The translations under genes were made by a program, and so were the position numbers. The notes under the pieces were generated by a model. The model made no database searches. It had not been told where the DNA came from and saw only the letters and a list, made by a program, of their open reading frames with translations. A stretch of DNA of 28,177 bases, taken from assembly GCA_054661495.1 (NCBI GenBank), contig BAAFSQ010000126.1, positions 1 through 28,177 of the forward strand. Direction: 5' to 3'. The DNA comes from Zygophlyctis sp. KS116. Lineage: Eukaryota; Fungi; Chytridiomycota. This document shows, in pieces, positions 1 to 11,139 of this stretch. The stretch's first letter is position 1, and each line of letters opens with the position of its first letter.

Positions 1-84
1 TGAGTAATCATCAACCAGCACATCATTTCCACAACCTTGAGAGAGGGCTGATTGAAGTAAGGAGGCAGCTATCACAAAATTCAT
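1..84 (-). CDS. 5' end (partial, runs off window) of a secreted protein, paralog of the gene at 23286-24189
   Basis: ATG at 84 reads MNFVIAASLLQSALSQGCGNDVLVDDYS, closely matching MIAVLIVNALVMHSALSQGCGKNVLVDDFS at 23286; 23-nt identical DNA stretch TCAGCCCTCTCTCAAGGTTGTGG. Confidence 0.8.
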   Translation of the reverse strand, partial: MNFVIAASLLQSALSQGCGNDVLVDDYS

Positions 85-255
85 CTATTGTTTTTTGATT
101 GCGTAGGCGCCTGTCCCGCACGAATAAAGTGAAGTCATCATTACGAAAATTAGGCGAACGATCAATGGTCAAAAGAAATTTGAATATACTATAAAAAAAT
201 GTCTGGTTTATTGAGAAATGTTATCATTTTAACTGTAATTATGGAATTTTCCTGG

Positions 256-1753
256 TCACAGTAGTGTTTCTTGAATTTCGTTAATAATGCCTACTGGTTT
301 TTTAGAGAAATGAGTAAACCATAGTCCCTATTATTATCCCTAAAGAACTTACAGCAGATGGCGCTCCTATTAAAATTGCGGATACCATGCACATAAATAC
401 CAATTTAGCGTAATCTTCCTCTTCATTTCCACCCAGATTTTTCGAATGAACAATTTCCAGCGCTGCCCCACATAATGCCGCCTAAGATTTAAAAATAAAC
501 TGTTACCTGGACTGATGCTTTGCCTGTCCATATACCCGATACAAATGTACATTCTTCAACATCCAGATCACTAATGTAACATACCATAAATGTAAATAAA
601 AACTTGATAACTACCGAGCTCAAGACTAATCCAAGACATTCAAGAATCATATGGAGCGGAAGAATATTGAATGATACTGATGCTCCAATAACAGGAAACA
701 AGAACAATTTGAAAAAATCCCAAAGACTTTTGAGTCTTTTATCTGCTACTGAAATATCTACCTTTGTCCATGTATTAGCTGCTGTTGCCCAAGATATAAT
801 GATTGAGCAACATGCGATTCCAGTAGCAGAATAAGATTTACCCTTTGTCATCAATGATAACTAATCATACCCAACCCATAATCAGTGCAGATATTAGAAA
901 CATTGAAGAAAATGAAATGTTCTGATAAGATTTCACATATTTTAATAAAAATGCAATAAATCCAAAAACTGCTCCTAAAAGAATCCCAAAAAATATTTCC
1001 TCTAGAGCAACAATAGCCATTGAAGAATATGAAATCTGATCTAAAATTTCAAAATCTTTAAACGCATAATTTAGAGATATCCCAAATCCAATAGTAGCCA
1101 CCAAAACATCAATACTTGCAGAAGCAATCATCAATGGAGGTAATCTTGATCCATTCCATTCAGGATTTTCCTTTAGATTAAGGATCAAAGGAACAACAAC
1201 TCCAGGAGATATAGATGCAACTCCAAAAGACAGTAAATACGCCCATGGCTTAGGAATTTGAAACAGAGAGCGAGATAAGATTGCAAGCCAAGTAGTTTCG
1301 GAAAGAATGGGAATAGTCCCTAAAATCATTATTACATGTGCATTCTTTTTCAAAATATCTAAATCCAGGGATAATCCAGCCCTTGATATTACTGCTGCAA
1401 GTGACAGAGTCCACAACTTTGACGTCCATGAATGTGGAATATCCACTATAAGAAAAGGAAATGCATTCCGTAAAACTATCCCAGATACCAACATTCCCAG
1501 CATTGGCGGATAATTAATTCTAGATGCAAATTGTCCCCCAATCACTCCCATACCAATAGTTATCAATAACGATAGTAAAACAGATTGGTCCAAAGGGTTT
1601 ATCAAACGATTAAGTTGTCCGGTAATCACCAGGGTTATTAAAATCAATACCAATGTTATCGTAGAAATCCCAACAGCCTATTATTAAATTTATAATAATA
1701 TTTACTGAAAGAATTTTAAATCTTGGAGAGCATTTTGTCCTCTTTAATTCCAT
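256..1753 (-). CDS. Na+/H+ exchanger, NHA/SLC9B-like cation/proton antiporter, 5 exons
   Basis: Multi-TM protein with PPMLGMLVSG, RAGLSLD, SPGVVVP, ASIDVL and, once spliced, KASVQAALCG motifs. Introns 1678-1705 (28 nt), 843-870 (28), 482-506 (25), 328-352 (25), all GT-AG; stop TGA at 256-258. Confidence 0.85.
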
Positions 1754-1763
1754 AGTAATCATC

Positions 1764-1796
1764 TCGCGTTGTAATCACTTTTCGCGAATGACGTCA
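1764..1796. promoter_or_regulatory. CG-containing motif cluster upstream of the exchanger: TCGCG, palindrome TTCGCGAA (1781-1788), CRE-like TGACGTCA (1789-1796)
   Basis: Adjacent palindromes in otherwise CG-poor DNA, within 45 bp of the ATG; function inferred only. Confidence 0.35.
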
Positions 1797-1910
1797 GTTG
1801 CACTCTTGAATTTTATCTCGTCTAAAATCAGATATAAACTAGATCACAACTTTACAAACATTAATAAAACACATCATAAATCTTTAAAAACAAGGAAAAA
1901 AAAGTCTTAT

Positions 1911-2437
1911 TTAACGATCTTCACACCATTCATTTTCTTTTCTTATTTGTTCCTCTTCCTCTGGAGTAAAATCATTTTGAATGTTAAAAGTCTAAATTTA
2001 ACCAATATAGTAAAACACCTTTCTTATTTCTTCGACAGATTTTCCCTTGATCATATTTGCGACAGTTTTACAACCCAAATCTAATAATCCCTTCATATCC
2101 AAATAATTTGCAGCTAAAATCATTTCAAATAAAGTTCCTTGATCAACATTTGTAAATTCACGATCCCAATCATCAATATCATCAGACGATTTAACTTTCA
2201 AGTCTTCTTCAGTAGGAAGCGGAGGGTCATCCTTATGATGAGTAGCATATTCAATGACTAGCGTTACTTTTATATTTTACCTTTTGCTAAAATTTGCCCA
2301 GAAACATTTGGAAGTGGAATTGGAGCTTCGCCCTCCTCTCCAAAATCCTCGAGCATATTCTTTAAAAGTACAGACATGTTGGCCACTTCTTTTGGAACAG
2401 TGAATTCTTGTCCATCTGCAGAAGTTAATTTTACCAT
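1911..2437 (-). CDS. SKP1: SCF ubiquitin ligase subunit Skp1, 3 exons
   Basis: Spliced product [12 protein letters not shown]...[13 protein letters not shown]|VIEYATHH...[38 protein letters not shown]|[26 protein letters not shown]; introns 2258-2280 (23 nt) and 1992-2018 (27 nt). Confidence 0.97.
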
Positions 2438-2639
2438 TTGAACGGTAACCCTTCAGTAAACCCTATAAAATTTAACCTAATTTATTGTCCCATTATCATC
2501 CTTGTGCCTTGTTGCACACTCTTTTTGTAATAAATACGTTTTTAAAATTTTCATCTTTTATCTTTTTTTAAAACCTTGTGTCTGATGAGCGACTTTTTAG
2601 AAAATTCTCAATTGAAAATTTTCAAAAATTGTGGCACCT

Positions 2640-3782
2640 ATGCAAAGACTAATCTTATTAATATCCATTCATCTACTATATATACATGCACAGTCTTCTA
2701 GTTCTTCAAATTGCATTACTCTAACAAATACGATCTGTGGGGTCGATGCAAAAATTAAAGCAGTTAAAACAACATTTCCAAATTCTAGTGTTTTTGATTC
2801 TACAATATTTAGACTTGTGAATGGATCGGACTCGAGAAAATTATTATCTAATTACACTGGTTGTACTAGTACAAATGCAAGATATTCTAAATCTTTTTGG
2901 TGTGGGTTTTTATCTTTTGATCAGTCACAAAAATGTGATTCAAAAGATAATTTTAGATTATGTACTTCTACTTGTCTCTCAATGATAAAATCAATGAATG
3001 CATCATTTAATAATGAAGAAAAATGTTTGCAATCAATGATTTATACTAAAAAGAGAACACTAGTCATGAATATCTGGAAGGATTATTGCTATTCTTCAAC
3101 TTTTAAGAAAAATTGTTTAGAATCAATACCAATTGAAGTTGATAATTGTGGTTTTGAATCAGTAACTGATGCAAAGAAATTTTGTAAAGATTCAAACGAT
3201 AATTGTTGTTCAAAATTATCATCAAGGGAAGAAGAACTTGCTCAAGAAATAACTCAAGTTTGTGAATTCAATGATATAAATTGTTGGGATGGATTAAAGA
3301 CTGGAATTGTAGTAGGATTATCTTTAGTTGTCTTGGTTCTTTTATCAATTATAATTGGAAAATCTAAAAGAAAACCAAAGACTTGTTCAACAAGCAAATT
3401 AATTATATCTGATCCAGTAAGATCTGATGATCATGACTATACTACATATATCAAAGAATATACTGAACCTTTGAATCATGCTTGGTATGATTCAGATTCT
3501 TCAAATCAAGAATTATCTACAGACTCTTCAATATCTACAGACTCTTCATTTTCACTAATTGAAAGAGACAAAAAATCCATTTCTGATCTTTTTGATAGGG
3601 GATACAAGATTTATTCTGCAAGAGAAGATTATTTCCCAGAAAGTCAAAGTAAATTGACGCTGCATAAAGGTGATCAAGTCGTAATAAAGGAAACACTATC
3701 AAATGAACTTGGAGTTGGCGTAAATTTAAATTCAACAGAAGAAGGAATAGTATCAATCTCAATGTTGGAAGGTTTAGATTAG
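2640..3782 (+). CDS. Type I membrane protein: signal peptide, Cys-rich ectodomain, TM helix, C-terminal degenerate SH3 domain
   Basis: ATG at 2640 (MQRLILLISIHLLYIHA); many Cys; TM GIVVGLSLVVLVLLSIII followed by a basic patch; YSAREDYFPESQSKLTLHKGDQVVI is SH3-like. Confidence 0.75.
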   Translation: MQRLILLISIHLLYIHAQSSSSSNCITLTNTICGVDAKIKAVKTTFPNSSVFDSTIFRLVNGSDSRKLLSNYTGCTSTNARYSKSFWCGFLSFDQSQKCDSKDNFRLCTSTCLSMIKSMNASFNNEEKCLQSMIYTKKRTLVMNIWKDYCYSSTFKKNCLESIPIEVDNCGFESVTDAKKFCKDSNDNCCSKLSSREEELAQEITQVCEFNDINCWDGLKTGIVVGLSLVVLVLLSIIIGKSKRKPKTCSTSKLIISDPVRSDDHDYTTYIKEYTEPLNHAWYDSDSSNQELSTDSSISTDSSFSLIERDKKSISDLFDRGYKIYSAREDYFPESQSKLTLHKGDQVVIKETLSNELGVGVNLNSTEEGIVSISMLEGLD

Positions 3783-3884
3783 TTGGTTGTGATTACGTTT
3801 CTTTTTGTTTCATAGATCTGTTTCACAGAGTTTCAGAAAGAATTGCGGCATCTATTTTCAGTTTAGCAAAAATAAAAAAATCTA

Positions 3885-4583
3885 ATGAAGGTTCAAGTTG
3901 AATTCGCAGTTAAATCGACCGATCCAAATCAAACTGAATCCCTTATTAAAAAGGCTCTAAATCCATGGCCAGTCTCATTCAATTTCGGCAATGATCGTTT
4001 GACTGTTCAAACTCAAGATCAAAGTCCATCATTTTTACTCAATGCTTTAAGAGCAACTGGACTAATAGCATTGATCAGAGGACTATCTTCCGCTGCAACT
4101 AGATCTTCAACTGCTTACACTGCTCCAGCATCAGCAGTTTGCATTTTTGAAGCGTATAGTGGTGCAGCTGGCTGGGCTCAGAACGCAAACAAGGGAGTCG
4201 CTAGATTAGCACAATTAGATCATGATCAAGTTTTTATAGATGTCAATGCTTCAGATTTACTCGTATCAAAAGAATATTCAATAGAAATTAGAGAATGTGG
4301 AGATATCTCTGATGGTGCAGCAAGTACAGGGGACGTTTATCAAAAGATTTCAAATGTATTCTCTGATGATCAAGGAAAAATAGAATATGTAACAGAAATT
4401 CAAGGAGCTAAAATTTCTGATTTGATTGGAAGATCTCTGGTTCTATATCCCTCTCAAAATTTCAATGATAAAAATCATCATATTGCTGGTATTATAGCTA
4501 GATCTGCTGGAGTATTTGAAAATCAAAAGACTATTTGTGCTTGTTCTGGTAAAACATTGTGGGAGGAAGCTTGTAAACTTTAA
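3885..4583 (+). CDS. CCS1: Copper chaperone for superoxide dismutase
   Basis: HMA-like N-terminus (EFAV...), SOD-like middle domain (ECGDISDGAASTG, LIGRSLV) and C-terminal GIIARSAGVFENQKTICACSGKTLWEE with the CxC motif. Confidence 0.92.
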   Translation: MKVQVEFAVKSTDPNQTESLIKKALNPWPVSFNFGNDRLTVQTQDQSPSFLLNALRATGLIALIRGLSSAATRSSTAYTAPASAVCIFEAYSGAAGWAQNANKGVARLAQLDHDQVFIDVNASDLLVSKEYSIEIRECGDISDGAASTGDVYQKISNVFSDDQGKIEYVTEIQGAKISDLIGRSLVLYPSQNFNDKNHHIAGIIARSAGVFENQKTICACSGKTLWEEACKL

Positions 4584-6188
4584 CCATTCTGAATAACATG
4601 TGCTAGCATTTTAGAGTTCTTCTTAATAGATTCAGTTTGAAGCTTATTCAAATATCCCATGGGTGAAAATGCTCTTGACCCTCCTATACATCTTCCCAGG
4701 ATTACTAGAGAATCCATATTTTCTACAAATTCCTTTAATTCTTCAAACGTAATTTTGGCTGGTAAATTGGTCACAGCTTCCAGATTAGGACAATATTCCC
4801 TTACACTATGAATGACTCCAGTTGATATATTATGATTGTTAAAAGGAAGTGAAATTCTTGTCAATGTTTTGCCATGATTCTGAATTATTTTTAAAATGCT
4901 AAAATCCGTAATATTTGATGCAGTTCCTAGTGCGATTCTTTTTAAATTGCCTTGATTACTTATACTTGAAAGCCCTGAATCCGTAATGTTTCTTCCATCT
5001 ACAACATCCAACTCTTCCAACTCTAAACAAACACTTGACAAGACTAGAAGAGGATCATCTGTAGTAATAGGAATTATTAAAGACTTTAAACGTGTCATAC
5101 TTGAAAGTAATTGACAAATTTCATCATCCGTAGCACTAGAAAGAACAGAAGCCACATTTTTCGAAGGAACAATTAATAATCTTTCTAAATTTGGAAAATA
5201 GTCCTTTTTAGGCAATAGATTTGATAAAAATCCCAATCCATCCAATTTTAATTCTTTCAGTTGAATATTTCTTCCGTCTTTTAGCAAAGCCTGATACAAT
5301 TCTTGAGAATCTGTAGAACTAAAAGACATTTCACATATTTCTAGTGCTGAAATTTTCTTATTCCCTTTTAAAAGTGAAAATAATGCAGACGGTTTCTTTG
5401 AACAACCTAATTTTAATTGGTTTAAATTATGTAGATTTTCTGAAGCCGTTTGAATTACATTTTCCATATCATAAAGCACCCAATCCAATTCTAGAACTCT
5501 TAAATCCTTGAATTTTGTTAATAATAGACTTATAGTATGAAAAACATTTGTTAATTCTTGGAATTTTTCAGTCTCATTGACCAATTGAAATCCAAAACCT
5601 AAAACATTAAAAAAAACACAAACCTTGTAAATTCTTTTCTAAAAGACAACCTAAGCCTCTACTACTGACTAGAACTTCTTGACGACGCCTACAAGAATGA
5701 TCAACCTTTATAAAGAAACTTTTGAGACTAGAGTTTTAGTGTATATTAATCTACTTTTTTTCACTTAATACTTGTAACCCTTGATCAGTAATTTTACCGT
5801 ATTCCTTCCAAGTACTGTATAGTCTAACATGCTGTAAATGATTACAATATTTTGAAATGATCCATAAATCATCATCATTAATGACTGGAGTAGCACAGTT
5901 AAATCGCGTTAAATTTTTACAATTTGAGATAAATTTACAAAATCCATTCAGAGGTTCATTTTCAAGTTTTAGACAAGTTTTTATAGACAATTCTTGAATA
6001 TTTTTCAAAAAAGTTTTTTTTAAAGAATTGATTTTCACCCAATTTTCTGAATAAAATCCACATTTTTTCCATAGAATTTTACTACATACTCTATAAAATT
6101 TCTTTGAGACTAGACTATAGTCTTTTAATTGTTTTACCAGACAATAAACAAGAATTTCCTGTAAAAGTTCAACAGGCAAATTTTCCAT
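4580..6188 (-). CDS. F-box / LRR (RNI-like) protein, 3 exons
   Basis: N-terminal F-box LPVELLQEILVY...SLVSKKFY; LRR motifs ITDQGL, ITDSGL, CPNLEAV; introns 5728-5754 (27 nt) and 5599-5623 (25 nt) join ORFs 5751-6188 and 4580-5584 in frame. Confidence 0.88.
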
Positions 6189-6240
6189 TTTTAATCACCG
6201 CCAAAAACTTAAAATCTATAATCTTTATTAGAATATTCCT

Positions 6241-6822
6241 CTATAATTCAATACTAGCCTTGATTTTAATTTTCTTGTTTGATCTATCAGATGGTTTAAA
6301 TCTTGTATTAGTTCCATGAATTGTAAAGAGTGAATCCTTCCAACAAAAAGTGAAATTTGTGTTTAATTTTGAAACCTTGCGTAATTTATCAGTACGAGAT
6401 ATGATATAAAACATATTACACGATTCACGAATTAAAATTCCTGAAATTCCAACTAGGTTTGGGTTTTTAGACTCTACGACAGTGAGCAAAGATCCAACTA
6501 GTTCTGCCTTTAAGATTTTATTTAAAGGATTTTTTTCATCTTTTAGAAAATCATTCATGTATTCCTTCCATAATTCATGCATTTCTAGATAAATATTAAA
6601 TTTTTGCATTTCTTTAGGAATTGAAAAGAGTCCGAGATTCTTTAATTTTTTAGAATTTAATTTAATAAATCTGTTTTTTACAAGAGATTTTGAGGTTTTT
6701 GTTGCATCTAGAGAAATAAATTTATCATTGACTTTTTCATCAAAACAAGATGAAAAAGATGATATAAAGGTTTTGGGGAAATTGAGATCAGGAGGTTGGT
6801 TTGTAAGAGATTTATACTCCAT
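6241..6822 (-). CDS. POP4: RNase P/MRP subunit p29 (Pop4/Rpp29)
   Basis: MHELWKEYM, ILKAELVGSLLTVVESKNPNLVGISGILIRES, FKPSDRSNKKIK motifs; first in-frame ATG at 6822 (start uncertain). Confidence 0.9.
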   Translation of the reverse strand: MEYKSLTNQPPDLNFPKTFISSFSSCFDEKVNDKFISLDATKTSKSLVKNRFIKLNSKKLKNLGLFSIPKEMQKFNIYLEMHELWKEYMNDFLKDEKNPLNKILKAELVGSLLTVVESKNPNLVGISGILIRESCNMFYIISRTDKLRKVSKLNTNFTFCWKDSLFTIHGTNTRFKPSDRSNKKIKIKASIEL

Positions 6823-7005
6823 TCTTTCTTTTTGACCTTGCACTCATCAGACCCCTCACCATCAAGACTGTCAAGACTACTCGAGATACCCTAATTATAA
6901 AAGTTTAGTCATTTCGTTCAAGTGTCCGACTCGGAAATCGGGAAATCGGAAATTATTAATATTTCCCTTCAACGCCTGGGACAGCAACAAGTAAAAATTC
7001 ATCAA

Positions 7006-8986
7006 ATGATTTATAATATTTTTATAATTGCTTTGATGGGATCAGTAAAGTCACAGATTCCATCATGTATTAATAGTACATCTACTGGGCCTTGTGAACA
7101 AGATAATTTTAGGACAATCATTGCAACTAGATCAGATTCTGATAATCATATTTGTCGAACTGTTTATTCTAGCGTAACATGCGGTCACTGCTCTACTACT
7201 GCTACGTTTATGGGATCATGCTCTAATTCTCTAATTACAACGATTTATCAGACTAAATCGGCATTTAATGGGGGATCGCCTTGTTCTTCTCCAACTTTTG
7301 TAGTAGGAAAATGTGCGGATTGTGCTTATTCACCAGTGGCAGGGTCTTGTGATGGAAAATCTAGGATTGTAAACTATAAAACAACAAATCCTGTTAATGG
7401 TGGGGCGTATTGTACTCCATATTCGACTACAGAAACTTGTCATAACTGCGAAACAGTAACTTCAACTGGGACTTGTGATGGGACAAAAAGGCAAGTGTCT
7501 TTTAAAACTACTGGGTCTACTTTAAATGGTGGGACATGTTTAGAACCAACTCCGACAAGTCAATCTTGTGCAGATGGTACAGTAACATCAACCGTTGGTG
7601 CTTGTATTGATAATATACACTTGACTGCCTACTTTTATGCACCTCCTGTAAATGGTGGAAAAAATTGTACTCTGCCGATTCCTTACGATGTGACTCAGTC
7701 TTGTCGAAATTGTAGAACGGTTTCAACTAAATTCGATAGTTGCTCTGATAATTTAGCAAAGGTTACATATATTACTACTCCAGCAGTTGGTGGTCAAGAT
7801 TGTACTGCAACAGGCCCTGCTTCTTTGCCTTGTCATAATTGTCACACAACAGCGACAGTTGTAGGGGCATGTGTATCGTCATACCGTCAAGTTCAATATT
7901 TTACCGATAATGCAGTAAATGGAGCTCCTTGCTCCGGGCCAACTATGACTAGTCAACCATGCGCTGATTGTCAAATTACAGCAATAAGTGGGGCTTGCGA
8001 TGCTAATAAGCATCGTACTGTGACATTCGAAACAATTCCTCCAATCAATGGTGGTAAGGCGTGTTCAAACCCAACTCCATCAGCCATAGTTGAGGATTGT
8101 AAAGTGTGTCCTAGCAATGCTCATGATTGCTGTTTCGTGGTAGAAATGTGGAAAAACTTTGGTAAAAATACAGGAGTAAGTGAGGAAGATCCTAGCGATT
8201 GTTGTTATGGTGATATACCGGGTATAAAGTGTTTCAAGGAAAAAGTTATTACACTGTATGCAATTCTATATTATTTAAAAATTAGAAATTGGGAGTCAAG
8301 AAATCTAACCGGACCAATCCCCGATCAGATGTCTAAATTGACATCGTTGCGCACATTGTATTTTTATAAGCTTTTTAATATTTAGAAAATTGGGTCATAA
8401 TTTTTTAAATGGAACAGTTCCTTCAACGCTCAGTAACCTTGTAAATTTAGAAAACTTGTATTTTTTATTCATCTTAAATTAGGCAACTTAGTAATAATAA
8501 TTTTTCGGGATCTATAGATAGTAAAATTCTATCCCTACCTCTGCTATCATCACTGTAAGATATTAAGAGGCATTTAATTTAAGGAAACTCAATAAAAATC
8601 ATTACTTGACTGGAGAAATTATGGCTGGAGATAATGTCGATGCGTAAGCAATAGTTAATTAATGAATGTATAGAGATATTAGTGACACGAGCGCTAAATT
8701 CATGCCCAGTAATGATGATAATCACCCAATACAGTATCTCTGCCAAGCCGTTAAAAACAACGGATCTAATATCCTTAAAACAAATCAAAACAAAAAAAAG
8801 TTACTGTATGAAAACGGCATAAGATATCATCAGGATAAAAAGCCCAATGAAGGCGTCCATAGAGATGTTTTGTATTCAGATGAGCGCAAAGAAATAAAAG
8901 CGGCACAACATCAAGTGCCACAAAATCGAGTGAAAGAAAATGATGATATTTTAATTGAATTAGATAGACAACGTCGTTATATGTGA
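7006..8986 (+). CDS. Secreted protein with about 7-8 Cys-rich TSP1-like repeats followed by plant-type LRRs, 6 exons
   Basis: Signal peptide from ATG 7006; ~43-aa repeats with PxNGGxxC; LRRs LTGPIP, LNGTVP, FSGSID. Phase-2 introns 8256-8285 (30), 8358-8385 (28), 8458-8482 (25), 8555-8583 (29), 8644-8673 (30); the last exon is the frame of ORF 8666-8986. Confidence 0.8.
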
Positions 8987-9069
8987 TTTTAAGAATCATG
9001 AGATGACACATTAGCATCTTTTGGGGCTATCTATTAAATAAAACAATTTTAAACAAGCTTTATTATCTT

Positions 9070-10259
9070 CTAAGACTTTAAATACGTTAATATTCGAAGG
9101 AAAAAAGACGAAAGCATATCTCCATCGAATTCAATTTCTTCCATTAGATATGGCGGTAGAGATTCCAGAACTGCAGAGGATGTTTTCATCCCAGAAAATT
9201 CTTGATCAAGTAAAGGAATATATTCTACTGAAGCATATTGATCAATGTTTAGAGGTGCACGAATTTGAAAAACAAGATCTCGATTTAGTGATAAAATATA
9301 TACCTCCTTTGCATCCCGTCTGATGACATGTATAGCTAATGATTGAATCAACGCCAGGGACCTTGTCGACAGAGAGTATAGTTAGTCCGGACAACTCTTT
9401 GTAAAAATTCATTAGATCTCCATTTTTTGAATTCTCTTGAGAAATTATTCCTGTCATGTTTTCATCAATTTGAGTCTTTAAACATTCAACTTCTTTAACC
9501 AGCATTTCATTATTATCTCTTCTTTCATTTACTAGCTCCATTAGAGATGCCTTTTCAACATTCCAATCACTTTGAGCGATATGCATCTGTTGGATATAAG
9601 CCGCTTTTGTCTGTTCTTTGACTGCAGAAATTTCTAGCTCTAATTCTTCTTTTGATATTGCAGATCCTACTGATTTCTCCAAATAAGAAATTTTATCTTG
9701 CAATTGCTGCACCAGTGTTTTATAGTCTATAATTACATCCAATATAAAAACCTTGAATCTGAACATCACAAGCATCCTTAAATTCATCAAAGCGTTTTTC
9801 TGCCTCCAAAATACCAACAAGCTTCAAGTCATTGTATTGTTTTTCTAATTCTTGGAATGCATGTTTCAATTCTGGAAAATTAAGCTCATCCATATTGCTC
9901 TCATTAGACAAATTCATTTGGTCATCTTTAGAAATATCGGCCTGATAAAGTCTCTGTCCGATTTCATCTTGACCGTGTGCCTCGACGTGATTTGTTGGAT
10001 ATTTGTCTATAATTTCTTCATGCTTTAATTCTTTTACAATCTTCTTCTTTTTAGATACAACTGCAGTCTTTTTAGACTCTTCTTGAGAATTTTGTCCCTT
10101 CTTTTGTACTTTTTTGTCCGATTTCTTTACTTTTTTAATAGTCTTTAAATCTGTAGTCCCTCCAATCAGGTCATCTACATCACCATCAAATGATTCATGT
10201 ACTGCTTGAAGCATTTAAATACTTTTCGGAGTTTTGAAAAGTCCTCCCGCTCGCATCAT
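9070..10259 (-). CDS. CSM1: Monopolin subunit Csm1/Pcs1-like (coiled coil plus C-terminal Csm1 domain)
   Basis: FYKELSGLTI...YTCHQTGCKG|DLVFQI...EYIPLLD...LPPYLMEEIEF...FFLRI; introns 9727-9751 (25), 9279-9303 (25) and tentative 10202-10222 (21; otherwise start at 10214). Confidence 0.82.
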
Positions 10260-10298
10260 TTAAACTTGTTAATCAAAATTACAAATGTTTTTATTTCT

Positions 10299-11068
10299 CT
10301 ATAGAGTACTATGAGTACTTTCAGCTATTATCCATTGAAACATTCCAAAAATAAAAACCATAGAAATTGATCCAGCACCAAAAACAATCGGATAAATCCA
10401 ATACTTTGAAATTCCAGCATCATTCGCTTGCTTTAGTCTAATTGCCAAATCTGAACTAGAAAATGTCCCATCCGGTCCTGGCTTTACAAAATCAAGAAGA
10501 ATCTTTTCTAATTTCAACAATGTAACAATTGCTTCTGGATGATCTATATATTTTTTAGAATTTTAAAACTACCATTTTTCCATTCATAAAGTTGCACAAT
10601 AATATTTTCCAAGACTACTAAATTGTCAACAACGTCTCTAAAATATAAATCATATAATCATACTTTTTATCCAATCTATTTGCAGAGCCATCCCCATCCC
10701 GTTCCTCCAACGCACTTGCAATCAAATTTTTCTGTAAATCTGCCATTGCCAGTAATGAAGCCCTTTTTGCAGCCTGAATACTTTTACTTGGCTTTTGCTG
10801 ATCGTTAAACATTTTAAATTACTAAAAAAGTTTGTAAATGACTCTTTAAAATTAATGAAATTCTAGAGTTGAATTTCCCATAAACTCTAGAAATATAACG
10901 AGACTGGAGCGGAGACGCTTTAAATTTTCTTCCTTTTCCTAAAAATAAAGATGCAGTCATATTTCCTCCAACATCATGAGAAATCTTTAAAGAAAATGGT
11001 GCTACAAACTCATCAAGCGATATTGGCCTTGAGAAAACAACTGCTATTATCAATAAGAACAGAAACAT
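10299..11068 (-). CDS. Uncharacterised signal-peptide protein with C-terminal TM (paralog A), 4 exons
   Basis: Introns 10798-10822 (25), 10638-10663 (26), 10544-10572 (29) join three ORFs; spliced WKNDHPE...LDFVKPGPDG aligns with paralog B WKSQHPQ...LDFIKPGPNG. Confidence 0.75.
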
Positions 11069-11139
11069 TTTTAAAACTACTCCTCAACCTGATTACAATC
11101 TAAAACAATTTTGTAGTTTGTATTTTGTAGAGTCAAATC

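Noticed and set aside
1911-6188. SKP1 close to an F-box gene as a functional cluster
   Set aside because: F-box genes are common in fungal genomes and two unrelated genes intervene, so chance is sufficient.
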